From an uncultured Candidatus Cloacimonadota bacterium (GTDB lineage: Bacteria; Cloacimonadota; Cloacimonadia; Cloacimonadales; Cloacimonadaceae): DNA of 52,781 bases. The position numbers were made by a program, and so were the translations under genes. Positions within the stretch are counted from its first letter, which is position 1, and every line of letters starts with the position of its first letter. Where the stretch lies: assembly GCA_964631665.1 (NCBI GenBank), contig CAZVXK010000002.1:1-52781 (forward strand), given 5' to 3'. The notes under the pieces are model-generated. The model was not told the origin of the DNA and did not search any database. It was given only the letters and a program-made list of their open reading frames with translations. This document shows, one piece after another, positions 28,702-37,092 of this stretch.

Positions 28702-29739
28702 CTACCCCAGCCTGATCGCCTGTTTGGGGCATTTTCCCACGCAGATCTCGCAGCCGATGCATTTGTCCTTATCGATCACATGCACCTGTTTCACCTCGCC
28801 GGAGATGGCCTGCACCGGGCAGTTTTTGGCGCAGATGGTGCAGCCGATGCAGAGATCGGGGATGACCTCCGCTTTTTTGCGCAGGCCGGCGAAGAGGTCC
28901 TGGATCGCCTTGGTGGGGCAGACGGTGGCGCAGAGGCCGCAATTGATGCATTTGTCATAGTCGATGCGGGCGAGGTTGTTGGCCACGGTGATGGCCTGGA
29001 CGGGGCATTTGCGGGAGCAGAGCCCGCAGCCGATGCAGGGATGGGCGCTTCCGCAGAGTTGCCGGGCTTCGGAGCCCTTGCCCAGGGAGGAGCATTTGAT
29101 ATAGACGATGCGGTTGATGGGCACCAGCATGATCAGTTTGCGGGGGCAGGCTTTGACGCAGGCGCCGCAGCCGGTGCACTTTTCGGTGTCGATGCAGCGC
29201 ATTCCGTGTTGGTCCAAGCTGATGGCGCCGAAGGGACAGGAATTCAGGCAATCGTTGAAGCCCATGCAGCCCCAGGAACAGGCGTTGGGGCCATCGGCGA
29301 TGTTGACCGCGGCCTTGCAGCTTTCGACGCCCTGATAGGCATATTTCCAGTTGGTGTTGTTGTAACCGCCGGAGCTGCAATGGATAACCGCCACTTTTTG
29401 TTGCATGGCGCCGGCGGTCATACCCATGATGCGGGCGATCATGGCCGCCACGGCCGCTCCGCCGGGGGCGCATTGGTTCACTTCCGCCCCTTCATGCACG
29501 ATGGCATCGGCATAGCCGGCGCAACCGGGCATTCCGCAGGCTCCGCAATTGGCTCCGGGCAGGACCTGGGTGATCTCCTCGACGCGGGGATCAACCTTCA
29601 CTTCAAACACTTTGGAGGCGAAAGCCAGCACCAGGCCGAAGGTGAGGCCCAATCCGCCCACGATCGCCATCGGGATTCCGATATCCTCGGCCAGTTCAGC
29701 CTGGAGCAGGGGAAGGTAGTAGATCAGGAATGTAGTCAT
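28702..29739 (-). CDS. rnfB: Rnf complex subunit B (polyferredoxin type)
   Basis: N-terminal TM segment, LPGANCGACG, five canonical CxxCxxCxxxCP motifs plus one variant. Confidence 0.94.
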   Translation of the reverse strand: MTTFLIYYLPLLQAELAEDIGIPMAIVGGLGLTFGLVLAFASKVFEVKVDPRVEEITQVLPGANCGACGMPGCAGYADAIVHEGAEVNQCAPGGAAVAAMIARIMGMTAGAMQQKVAVIHCSSGGYNNTNWKYAYQGVESCKAAVNIADGPNACSWGCMGFNDCLNSCPFGAISLDQHGMRCIDTEKCTGCGACVKACPRKLIMLVPINRIVYIKCSSLGKGSEARQLCGSAHPCIGCGLCSRKCPVQAITVANNLARIDYDKCINCGLCATVCPTKAIQDLFAGLRKKAEVIPDLCIGCTICAKNCPVQAISGEVKQVHVIDKDKCIGCEICVGKCPKQAIRLG

Positions 29740-29750
29740 TTCGCTCTCCC

Positions 29751-30359
29751 TCAGATCTTGAAGCCCATGAAGCCATAGAAGGCCAGGGCCATGATGCCGG
29801 CCAGGATCAGCCCGATCGGCATTCCGCGCATGCTTTTGGGCAGTTCCGCCAATTCCAGGCGCTCACGCATCCCCGCCATCGCCAGCAGCACCACGGTGAA
29901 GCCCACGCCGGAGAAGAAACCGTTGAGCACGGCATCCAGGAAGTTGTAGGCGGTGATGCCATCGCTGCGGAAGGCTTTGGTGTTCAGGATCGCCACGCCC
30001 AGCACGGCGCAGTTGGTGGTGATCAAAGGCAGGAAAACGCCCAGGGATTTATAGAGGGCGGGGGCATTCTTTTGGATCACCATCTCCACGAATTGGACCA
30101 GGGCGGCGATGGTGAGGATGAAGGCGATGGTCTGCAGATACATCAGGCCAAAGTATTCCAGGAAATAGCGGTTGATGATGAAGGTGATCGCCGAGGCGAG
30201 GGTCATCACAAAGATCACCGCCATGCCCATGCCAAAGGCGGAATCGAGCTTTTTGGAGACACCCAGATAGGGACAGAGCCCCAGAAAGCGGGCCAGCACG
30301 AAGTTTTGGATGAAGATGGCGGTCATCGCCATCACGAAGATTTCTCCCAGGTAACCCAT
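29751..30359 (-). CDS. rnfA: Rnf complex subunit A
   Basis: NFVLARFLGLCPYLGVS, LPLITTNCAVLG. Confidence 0.96.
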   Translation of the reverse strand: MGYLGEIFVMAMTAIFIQNFVLARFLGLCPYLGVSKKLDSAFGMGMAVIFVMTLASAITFIINRYFLEYFGLMYLQTIAFILTIAALVQFVEMVIQKNAPALYKSLGVFLPLITTNCAVLGVAILNTKAFRSDGITAYNFLDAVLNGFFSGVGFTVVLLAMAGMRERLELAELPKSMRGMPIGLILAGIMALAFYGFMGFKI

Positions 30360-30949
30360 TATTTCTTCTCCTTCAGCATGTTCATCAAAGCCATCAGAAA
30401 GCCCAGCGTGATGAAGGCTCCCGGGGCCAGGATGGCCATCAGCATGGGATCGTAGGTTTTGGGCAACACGGCAATGTTCAGCCAGGTTCCGTTGCCCAGG
30501 ATCTCACGGAAAGTGGCCACGACCACCAGCGACAGGGTGAATCCCACGCCCATGCCAATGCCGTCGGCAAGGGAATTGAGGGTGTTGTTCTTGCTGGCAA
30601 AAGCCTCCGCCCGGCCCAGGATGATGCAGTTCACCACGATCAGGGGAATGAACAGGCCCAGGCTCTTATGCAATCCAGGCTGGTAGGCGGCCATGATCAT
30701 GTCCACGATGGACACGAAGGAGGCGATGACCACGATGTAGACCGGGATGCGGATCTTGGGGGGCGTGATGCCCTTGATCAGGGAAATGATGATGTTGGAA
30801 CAGACCAACACGAAGGTGGCGGCGGCGCCCATGCCCAGCGCATTCTCCACCGAGGTGGAAACCGCCAGGGTGGGACAGATGCCCAGCACGATCACGAAGA
30901 TGGGATTCTCCTTGATGATGCCTTTGGTGAATTCGGCGAAAAATCTCAT
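30359..30949 (-). CDS. rnfE: Rnf complex subunit E
   Basis: ENPIFVIVLGICPTLAVS, IPLIVVNCIILGRAEAFA. Confidence 0.96.
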   Translation of the reverse strand: MRFFAEFTKGIIKENPIFVIVLGICPTLAVSTSVENALGMGAAATFVLVCSNIIISLIKGITPPKIRIPVYIVVIASFVSIVDMIMAAYQPGLHKSLGLFIPLIVVNCIILGRAEAFASKNNTLNSLADGIGMGVGFTLSLVVVATFREILGNGTWLNIAVLPKTYDPMLMAILAPGAFITLGFLMALMNMLKEKK

Positions 30950-31536
30950 TGCCCACCTCCCGCGGCAGGGGTTTCCAGGGCGGCCACCTGCCTGGCCTCC
31001 ACATCCCGGCGCACCAGGGCCAGCTGTTCCTGCAGGGATTGGGCGATGGCGCGCGAGGTAATGGTGGCGCCGGTGAGGGATTTGATCTTCCCGCCATCCT
31101 TGTCCACCACCAGTTCTTCACCCACGAGGCCTTTGAAGCCATCGCGGAAGAAATCCTGGGTGCAGTTTGCCCCCAAACCGGGGGTCTCCGCCTGGTCGAT
31201 CACCTTGATGGCGATCAACCGGAATTGGGGATCCACCCCCGCCATGGTCTGGATCTTGCTGCTATAGCCGGTTTTGGCGGCGGTGAAGGTGTAGCCCTTC
31301 AGTTCCCCGCTGGCGGTGTCCCGGGCTTCATAATAGACCAGGGAATCGGCTTCCAGCCTGATGGTTACGGGGTCAAAGGCGGCGCCGGGGATCAGTTCGT
31401 TGCGGGCCGCCTCGGCTTCCCTGCGTTTGATATCGGCGATGCGGTCCTTGGTGATGGAATTCACCCAGGCCAGGATGCCGCTGGCGATCAGGCAGATGAT
31501 GAGCAAAGTGAATCCAAGTTTGAGATAGTATTTCAT
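30946..31536 (-). CDS. rnfG: Rnf complex subunit G
   Basis: Real start MKYYLK overlaps the rnfD stop (ATGA); ETPGLG; FMN-attachment motif TGATITS. Confidence 0.93.
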   Translation of the reverse strand: MKYYLKLGFTLLIICLIASGILAWVNSITKDRIADIKRREAEAARNELIPGAAFDPVTIRLEADSLVYYEARDTASGELKGYTFTAAKTGYSSKIQTMAGVDPQFRLIAIKVIDQAETPGLGANCTQDFFRDGFKGLVGEELVVDKDGGKIKSLTGATITSRAIAQSLQEQLALVRRDVEARQVAALETPAAGGGQ

Positions 31537-32651
31537 TTCTTGACGCTCCCAAAAGGTCTGGGCAGGGTGATGCGGTCGATCAGGGGCACCATCACATTCA
31601 TGAACAGGATGCTGTAGGACACGCCCTCGGGATAACCGCCCACCAGACGGATGATCACGGTCAGCAGCCCGCAGCCGATGGCGAAGATGATCCTGCCATT
31701 GCGGGTGAGGGGGCTGGTGGTGTAGTCGGTCGCCATGAAAAAGGCGCCCAGCATCAGACCGCCGGAAAAGATATGGAAGAAAGGCAGGGACAGCGAATAG
31801 CGGACATCGCCCACGCCGCCGAACAGGAAACTGAGCACGAACACGGTGAGGATATAGAACAGCGGGATGCGCCATTCAATGATGTTCTTCCACAACAGCC
31901 AGAGGGCTCCCAACAGCAGGGCGAACACGGAAACCTCACCGATGCAGCCGCCGATGTTGCCCCAGAACAGGGCTTTCAGGGTGCCCAGATCGAGCAGGCT
32001 GGTGAAGATGCGGCCGGAGAGGTCGAGATTGGTGGCGGGATCGGAGGTGAGCGAATTCACGAAGGTGCTGTCACGCAGGGTCTGCGCCACTTTCAAAGGG
32101 GTGGCGGAGGTAACCAGTTCATAGGCTTTGGGGGCCAGGGCCTGCAGGTTGGAATCGATCAGCTCGAGGTTGTTGATACCGTTGATGGAGGCTTCATTCA
32201 GCTTGCCGGCGGCGGTGCGCAGCCAACCGCTGGTCATCAGGGTGGGCCAGGAAGCCAGCAGGAAAGCCCTGCCCAACAGGGCCGGATTCACGGGATTATT
32301 GCCCAGGCCGCCAAAGACCTGCTTGCCCACGGCAATTCCGAACACCGCCCCCACGATGGGCAGCCAGAGCGGCGAACCGGCGTGGATGTTGTAGGCCAGC
32401 AGCATGCCGGTGAGGAAGGCGCTGCCGTCGGCCACGGTGATGGGAACCTTGCGCAGCTTCTGGATCAGGGCTTCGGTGGCAACCGCGGACACGGCTCCCA
32501 GCAGGGTGAGCAGCAGCGAGCGGAAACCCCAGTTATAGACGGCGAAGATCAAAGCCGGAGTGAGCGCCAGCACCACATTCCACATCACATTGGGAATGGT
32601 GGTGCGGTCGTGCAGATGGGGAGCGGGGGAAACAGTGTATTTGTCTTTCAT
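31533..32651 (-). CDS. rnfD: Rnf complex subunit D
   Basis: FGGLGNNPVNPA, FMN motif TSATPL, GCIGEVS, FMATDYTTSP, GGYPEG. Confidence 0.96.
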   Translation of the reverse strand: MKDKYTVSPAPHLHDRTTIPNVMWNVVLALTPALIFAVYNWGFRSLLLTLLGAVSAVATEALIQKLRKVPITVADGSAFLTGMLLAYNIHAGSPLWLPIVGAVFGIAVGKQVFGGLGNNPVNPALLGRAFLLASWPTLMTSGWLRTAAGKLNEASINGINNLELIDSNLQALAPKAYELVTSATPLKVAQTLRDSTFVNSLTSDPATNLDLSGRIFTSLLDLGTLKALFWGNIGGCIGEVSVFALLLGALWLLWKNIIEWRIPLFYILTVFVLSFLFGGVGDVRYSLSLPFFHIFSGGLMLGAFFMATDYTTSPLTRNGRIIFAIGCGLLTVIIRLVGGYPEGVSYSILFMNVMVPLIDRITLPRPFGSVKK

Positions 32652-32666
32652 CGGGTGTTCCTCTCT

Positions 32667-33989
32667 CTATTTCTTGGCCCGCTGCAGTTCGGCGTAACGT
32701 ACCTTGCCGGTGTCGATCCACTGCACCAAACGGATCTGGGCGGGGCACACATAGGCACAGCTTCCGCATTTCATGCAGTCGTTGAGACCAGCCTGCACCG
32801 CCATGTCCAGCTTGTTATACTTCACAGTCTGGGCGATCAGGCTGGGCAGCAGGTTCATCGGGCACACATCCACGCAACGGGCGCAACGCAGGCAATCATG
32901 CTCCTCATTCAGCCGGGCTTCGCGTTCATTCAACAGAACCAGGCCGGAGCTGCCCTTGGCCACAGGGGCGTCCAGATTGGGCAGGGCAAAACCCATCATC
33001 GGGCCGCCGGAGATGATCTTGCCGATCTCCGCAGTGGTTCCGCCACAGAAATCCACCAGCTCGGAAAAAAGAGTGCCGATGCGGGCTTTGAGGTTCTTGG
33101 GCTGTTTCACCACGGAACCGGTGACACTGATCACCCGCTCGACCAGGGGTTTTTTGTAGCGGACGGCTTCATAGATGGCCACGGCGGTACCCACATTCTG
33201 CACCACCACGCCCACCGCCATGGGCAGCCCGCCGGCTGGAACCTTTCTGCGGGTGGCAGCATAGATCAATTGCTTTTCCGCGCCCTGGGGATATTGGAGT
33301 TTCAATGGCACCACGCTGAGGTTGCTCTCTTTGGCCAAAAGCTTTTCCAGCAGGGCGATGGCGTCCGGTTTGTTGGCTTCGATGCCGATCATACCGGTCT
33401 TGGCGTTCACGATCCTCATCACCAGTTTCAGCCCGGCGATGATGTCCTCCGGACGCTGCAGCATCAGCCGGTAATCGGAGGTGAGATAGGGCTCGCATTC
33501 CACGCCGTTGAGGATGACGGTGTCGATTGGCTTGTCCGCTGGCGGGGAGAGTTTTACATAGGTGGGGAATCCGGCTCCGCCCATGCCGCAAATGCCTGCC
33601 TCGCGCACCCGTTCCTTCATCTCTTCCGGGGGGAGCTGCAGATAGTCCGTCTCATCGGTCAGTTCGATCCAGGTGTCGGCTCCATCCCCGCTGATCTCGA
33701 TAGCGGTCTGCCGGCCTCCGCAGGGATGGTTGAAACGCTCGATCTTGGTGACTTTGCCGCTGATCGAAGCATGCTGGGGAATGGAAACAAAACCCGAGGC
33801 TTCGGCGATCATCTGCCCCGTTTTCACCTCATCGCCCACCTTGACCACCGGTGTGGAAGGCGAACCGATGTGTTGCGAAAGCGGGATCACCACCCGTTGG
33901 GGCAGGGGCAGTTCCTCGATCGGGGCGGTGGCGGAATAATGCTTGTGATCATGAGGATGCACACCCCCAGGAAAAGTCTTCAACCTCAT
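32667..33989 (-). CDS. rnfC: Rnf complex subunit C
   Basis: GGVHP, GMGGAGFPT, NGVECEPYLT, YPQGAEKQLI, GGPMMG, two 4Fe-4S motifs. Confidence 0.97.
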   Translation of the reverse strand: MRLKTFPGGVHPHDHKHYSATAPIEELPLPQRVVIPLSQHIGSPSTPVVKVGDEVKTGQMIAEASGFVSIPQHASISGKVTKIERFNHPCGGRQTAIEISGDGADTWIELTDETDYLQLPPEEMKERVREAGICGMGGAGFPTYVKLSPPADKPIDTVILNGVECEPYLTSDYRLMLQRPEDIIAGLKLVMRIVNAKTGMIGIEANKPDAIALLEKLLAKESNLSVVPLKLQYPQGAEKQLIYAATRRKVPAGGLPMAVGVVVQNVGTAVAIYEAVRYKKPLVERVISVTGSVVKQPKNLKARIGTLFSELVDFCGGTTAEIGKIISGGPMMGFALPNLDAPVAKGSSGLVLLNEREARLNEEHDCLRCARCVDVCPMNLLPSLIAQTVKYNKLDMAVQAGLNDCMKCGSCAYVCPAQIRLVQWIDTGKVRYAELQRAKK

Positions 33990-34000
33990 TAAAACTCCCG

Positions 34001-34023
34001 TTGACTCTATTGATCGGAGTCAA
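34001..34023. promoter_or_regulatory. Inverted repeat immediately upstream of the rnfC RBS
   Basis: TTGACTC-N9-GAGTCAA. Confidence 0.4.
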
Positions 34024-34090
34024 ATATAATTTTTTCGCCACGTTTTTTAAATATGCATATCAGGCAAGGATTTTTTTGGGTGAGTGGTGA

Positions 34091-34223
34091 GGGAAGAGGG
34101 GGTTAACGGGTTAATGGGTTAACGGATGAGTAGGTGAATGGTTAATGGTTAATGGTGATCCCAGGCTCAACCAGGAGGCCTCTTTTCATCTGTTCATCTG
34201 TTCATCTTTTCATCTGTCTTCCC
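34091..34223. repeat. Two oppositely oriented degenerate 8/7-bp tandem arrays
   Basis: 34101-34158 GGTTAACG GGTTAATG GGTTAACG GATGAGTA GGTGAATG GTTAATG GTTAATG; 34181-34220 TCTTTTCA TCTGTTCA TCTGTTCA TCTTTTCA TCTGTCTT; closed by GGGAAGA/TCTTCCC. Confidence 0.8.
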
Positions 34224-34227
34224 CTGC

Positions 34228-34857
34228 TCAGGTCTTGTTTTTCAGCTCATCCAGCTGGGGTTTCACATAGAGGTTGTAACATTCGGGACAGATGCTGTGG
34301 GTGAAGGAGGTATCGGTGTTTTCGGTGATATACACTTCCACATCCTGCCAGTGGTTGCGGTCACTGCGCACCTTTTTGCAATAGGAACAGATGGGCAGCA
34401 GCTTTTCCAAAGCGCGGATACGGGCGGCGGCGGTTTCCAGATCCTGGCGCTGCTTTTCCAGCTTGAGGGCGGATTTGATGCGCACCAGCAGTTCCACGGT
34501 GGAATAAGGCTTGGAGAGGTAATCAACCGCACCCAGATCGAAACAGCGCCTGAGCGGCTCCATTTCTTCGTCCAGCCCCACAGCGGTGACCATGATGACC
34601 GGCACATTTGCAGAATGGGGGCTGGTTTTCACTTTTCCCAACACCTCATAGCCATCCAGGCCAGGCATCATGATGTCCAGCAGGATCAGGTCCGGCAGCG
34701 TGGTCTCGAGTTCCCTCAGCATCGCTTCGCCGGAGGCAAAGAGCAGGGTGTTCGCAAACCCGGCCTGGGCCAGAACGGTTTTAAGCAGCTTCAGGTTGAT
34801 GGTGTCATCATCCACCAGGAAGATGAGCATGTCATGGAGACCGGGGGGAGCGGCCAT
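34228..34857 (-). CDS. Response regulator (REC) with C-terminal Cys/His putative zinc-binding domain
   Basis: LVDDD, LLDIMMP, VTA, KP; C-terminal ICSYCKK...THSICPEC; alternative start 34830. Confidence 0.9.
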   Translation of the reverse strand: MAAPPGLHDMLIFLVDDDTINLKLLKTVLAQAGFANTLLFASGEAMLRELETTLPDLILLDIMMPGLDGYEVLGKVKTSPHSANVPVIMVTAVGLDEEMEPLRRCFDLGAVDYLSKPYSTVELLVRIKSALKLEKQRQDLETAAARIRALEKLLPICSYCKKVRSDRNHWQDVEVYITENTDTSFTHSICPECYNLYVKPQLDELKNKT

Positions 34858-34859
34858 GC

Positions 34860-36461
34860 TTATCTCTTGCGGACAAGATCGGCGGCATATTCGAACATGG
34901 CATCCAGGGTGGTGAAACGGTCAAACAACTCGATCGCCTTCTGGAGCTGTTTATCCATGGTGATGGTGATCTTGTAGCCCTCCTGGTCGCCATAGACCTT
35001 GCGGATCAGCTCGCTCTTCAGGGAGTTGCGGATGAAGACATCGGCGCTGTCCAGATCGGCCTGGGTGTACTTGATATCCTCGTTGCGCACATAGCTGAGG
35101 TATTTATCCATGATCTCGGGCGTGATGTTCAGGTCTCGCGGCACCGTATGGTCATGCTCCACCAGATAGTCCACGGCAAAATTGAAGAAGGTGTTCTTGC
35201 GGCGCAGATCAGCCCCGAAGTTGGTGAGGAGATCGGTTTCGATCTCGATGTCGGGCGTGATCCCGCCACCGCCATAGACCTCACGTTTGTTCACGGTGTA
35301 ATAGATCTCCTCGTGGTTTCTGGCATCCTCGGCCTGGATGTCCGAGGTGGTCACACTCTGGCCTTGCAGCAGGCGGTCGGTGCTCTTTTTGTGAATGCAG
35401 CGCCCCGATTTGATATAGTAGTAGGAGGTGGTGATCTTGATCCCGTTCCCGTTGGAAAGCTGGAAGAGCTGCTGCACGCTGCCCTTGCCGAAGGTGGGTC
35501 TGCCCATCACCAATCCCTTGTCCCAGTCCTGCAGCGAGCCGGCAAAGATCTCGGAAGCGCTGGCGGAGGCTTCGTTTACCAATACGATGATGGGATAGTT
35601 CCGGGCTTTGGTGTTGTAACGGGTGAAGTGCTGACGGTTGGACTGGATGGTTCTGCCCTTGGTTTCCACCACCAGTTTGTTGGAGCCCAAAAATTCGTTC
35701 ACCGTATCCACCGCCTGGTCGAGCAAGCCACCGGGATTCCAGCGCAGGTCGAGGATGAGGCCGCGGATGTTCTCCGCCTCCAGATTGACCAGGGCGGAGC
35801 GCAATTCCTGGGTGGTGTTTTCATTGAACTGGCTGATGCGGATGTATCCCACCTCATTGGGCAGCTTGAAGCTGTAGGGAACGCTCTTGATCTTGATGGT
35901 CTCGCGGGTGATGATATACTCCAGGGGCCTGGACACGCCGGGGCGGCTGATGGTGATCACCACGGTGGTTCCCACCTCGCCCCGCATTAGTTTGATGGCT
36001 TCATCGGTGTTGAAGCCCACCACGCTGGTGTCGTCCACCCTGATGATCCGGTCGCCGGCAGTGATGCCCATGCGGTAGGCCGGGGTTCCCTCGATGGGCG
36101 AAACCACTGTGATGTAATCGCCGATCTTGTCGATCTGGATGCCCAGTCCGCCAAAAGCGCCCTTGGTGGTGGTGGTGAAATCCTCGAATTCGGTTTTGGT
36201 GAAATAGGTGGTGTGGGGATCGGTGGAATTAAGCATCCCCACTATGGCAGCCTTGATCAGGTCTTCATCGTTCAGTTCGGTCACATAATTCTGCTTCAGC
36301 TTGATCAGAACATCGCTGAACAAGCCCAGCTGGGAATAGAGGTCGGTCCCCTTGTCCTGGTTCTGGGCATAGGCATCGGTGGCGATAAACAGCATCAAGG
36401 CAGCCAGAATCCACAGGGAAGCTATGGTGATCAGGGCAAAGCGTTGCTTGGATGTAATCAC
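34860..36461 (-). CDS. ctpA: S41A carboxyl-terminal processing protease
   Basis: GGLGIQI PDZ, LDLRWNPGG, SASASEI, TFGKGSVQ, GITPD. Confidence 0.93.
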   Translation of the reverse strand: MITSKQRFALITIASLWILAALMLFIATDAYAQNQDKGTDLYSQLGLFSDVLIKLKQNYVTELNDEDLIKAAIVGMLNSTDPHTTYFTKTEFEDFTTTTKGAFGGLGIQIDKIGDYITVVSPIEGTPAYRMGITAGDRIIRVDDTSVVGFNTDEAIKLMRGEVGTTVVITISRPGVSRPLEYIITRETIKIKSVPYSFKLPNEVGYIRISQFNENTTQELRSALVNLEAENIRGLILDLRWNPGGLLDQAVDTVNEFLGSNKLVVETKGRTIQSNRQHFTRYNTKARNYPIIVLVNEASASASEIFAGSLQDWDKGLVMGRPTFGKGSVQQLFQLSNGNGIKITTSYYYIKSGRCIHKKSTDRLLQGQSVTTSDIQAEDARNHEEIYYTVNKREVYGGGGITPDIEIETDLLTNFGADLRRKNTFFNFAVDYLVEHDHTVPRDLNITPEIMDKYLSYVRNEDIKYTQADLDSADVFIRNSLKSELIRKVYGDQEGYKITITMDKQLQKAIELFDRFTTLDAMFEYAADLVRKR

Positions 36462-36465
36462 TTTT

Positions 36466-37086
36466 CTAAACTCCTATACGGGATAAGACGGTGGATAAAA
36501 TTCTCTCATGAATATCCTGCGGCGATTTCGTGCCGTTCAAGACAATATATCTGGAAACCTCGGCTCGGGCAATAACCAAATATTGCTGCCGCACCCGCTC
36601 GTGGAAATCGAGGTGCTCACTTTCCAGCCGGTCGAGCTGCCGCCGGGAAATGCGGGAAAGCCCTTGCTCCACAGGAAGATCGAGCAGAAAGGTGAGATCG
36701 GGGATGGTGTGATAGGTGGCAAAGGTGGTGAGGGTGGCGATCAGATCCAGATCGAGCCGGCGCGCCGCCCCCTGATAGGCAATGGTGGAATCATAATAGC
36801 GGTCGCAGAGCACCACCTTCCCCTGTTTGAGGGCGGGAAGGATCCACTGCCCGGTGTGTTGGGCCCGGCTGGCCATATAGAGCAGGAGCTCGGTCTCGGG
36901 AAGTATTTCGGAATAGGAGGTATCCAGCAGGAGGCTGCGGATCGCTTCCGCAAGGGGCGGGCCTCCCGGTTCGCGGGTTACCAGGCAGGGAATCCCCCGC
37001 TCCTCCAAAGCGGCTTCCAGGAATTTGATCTGGGTGCTTTTCCCACTGCCCTCGATGCCTTCGAATGTGACGAAAAAACCTTTCAT
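36466..37086 (-). CDS. tmk: Thymidylate kinase
   Basis: FEGIEGSGKSTQ, TREPGG, CDRY..STIAYQG. Confidence 0.96.
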   Translation of the reverse strand: MKGFFVTFEGIEGSGKSTQIKFLEAALEERGIPCLVTREPGGPPLAEAIRSLLLDTSYSEILPETELLLYMASRAQHTGQWILPALKQGKVVLCDRYYDSTIAYQGAARRLDLDLIATLTTFATYHTIPDLTFLLDLPVEQGLSRISRRQLDRLESEHLDFHERVRQQYLVIARAEVSRYIVLNGTKSPQDIHERILSTVLSRIGV

Positions 37087-37092
37087 TATTAG

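Noticed and set aside
31537-31875. N-terminal extension of RnfG in the ORF track (similarly gcvPA, rfaE1, HIT, uvrD, propeller gene)
   Set aside because: The extensions overlap upstream genes or promoters; internal starts with an RBS or ATGA coupling fit better. No frameshift is needed.
28702-33989. rnfCDGEAB with polyferredoxin RnfB as a novel system
   Set aside because: Standard order and architecture for anaerobe Rnf complexes.
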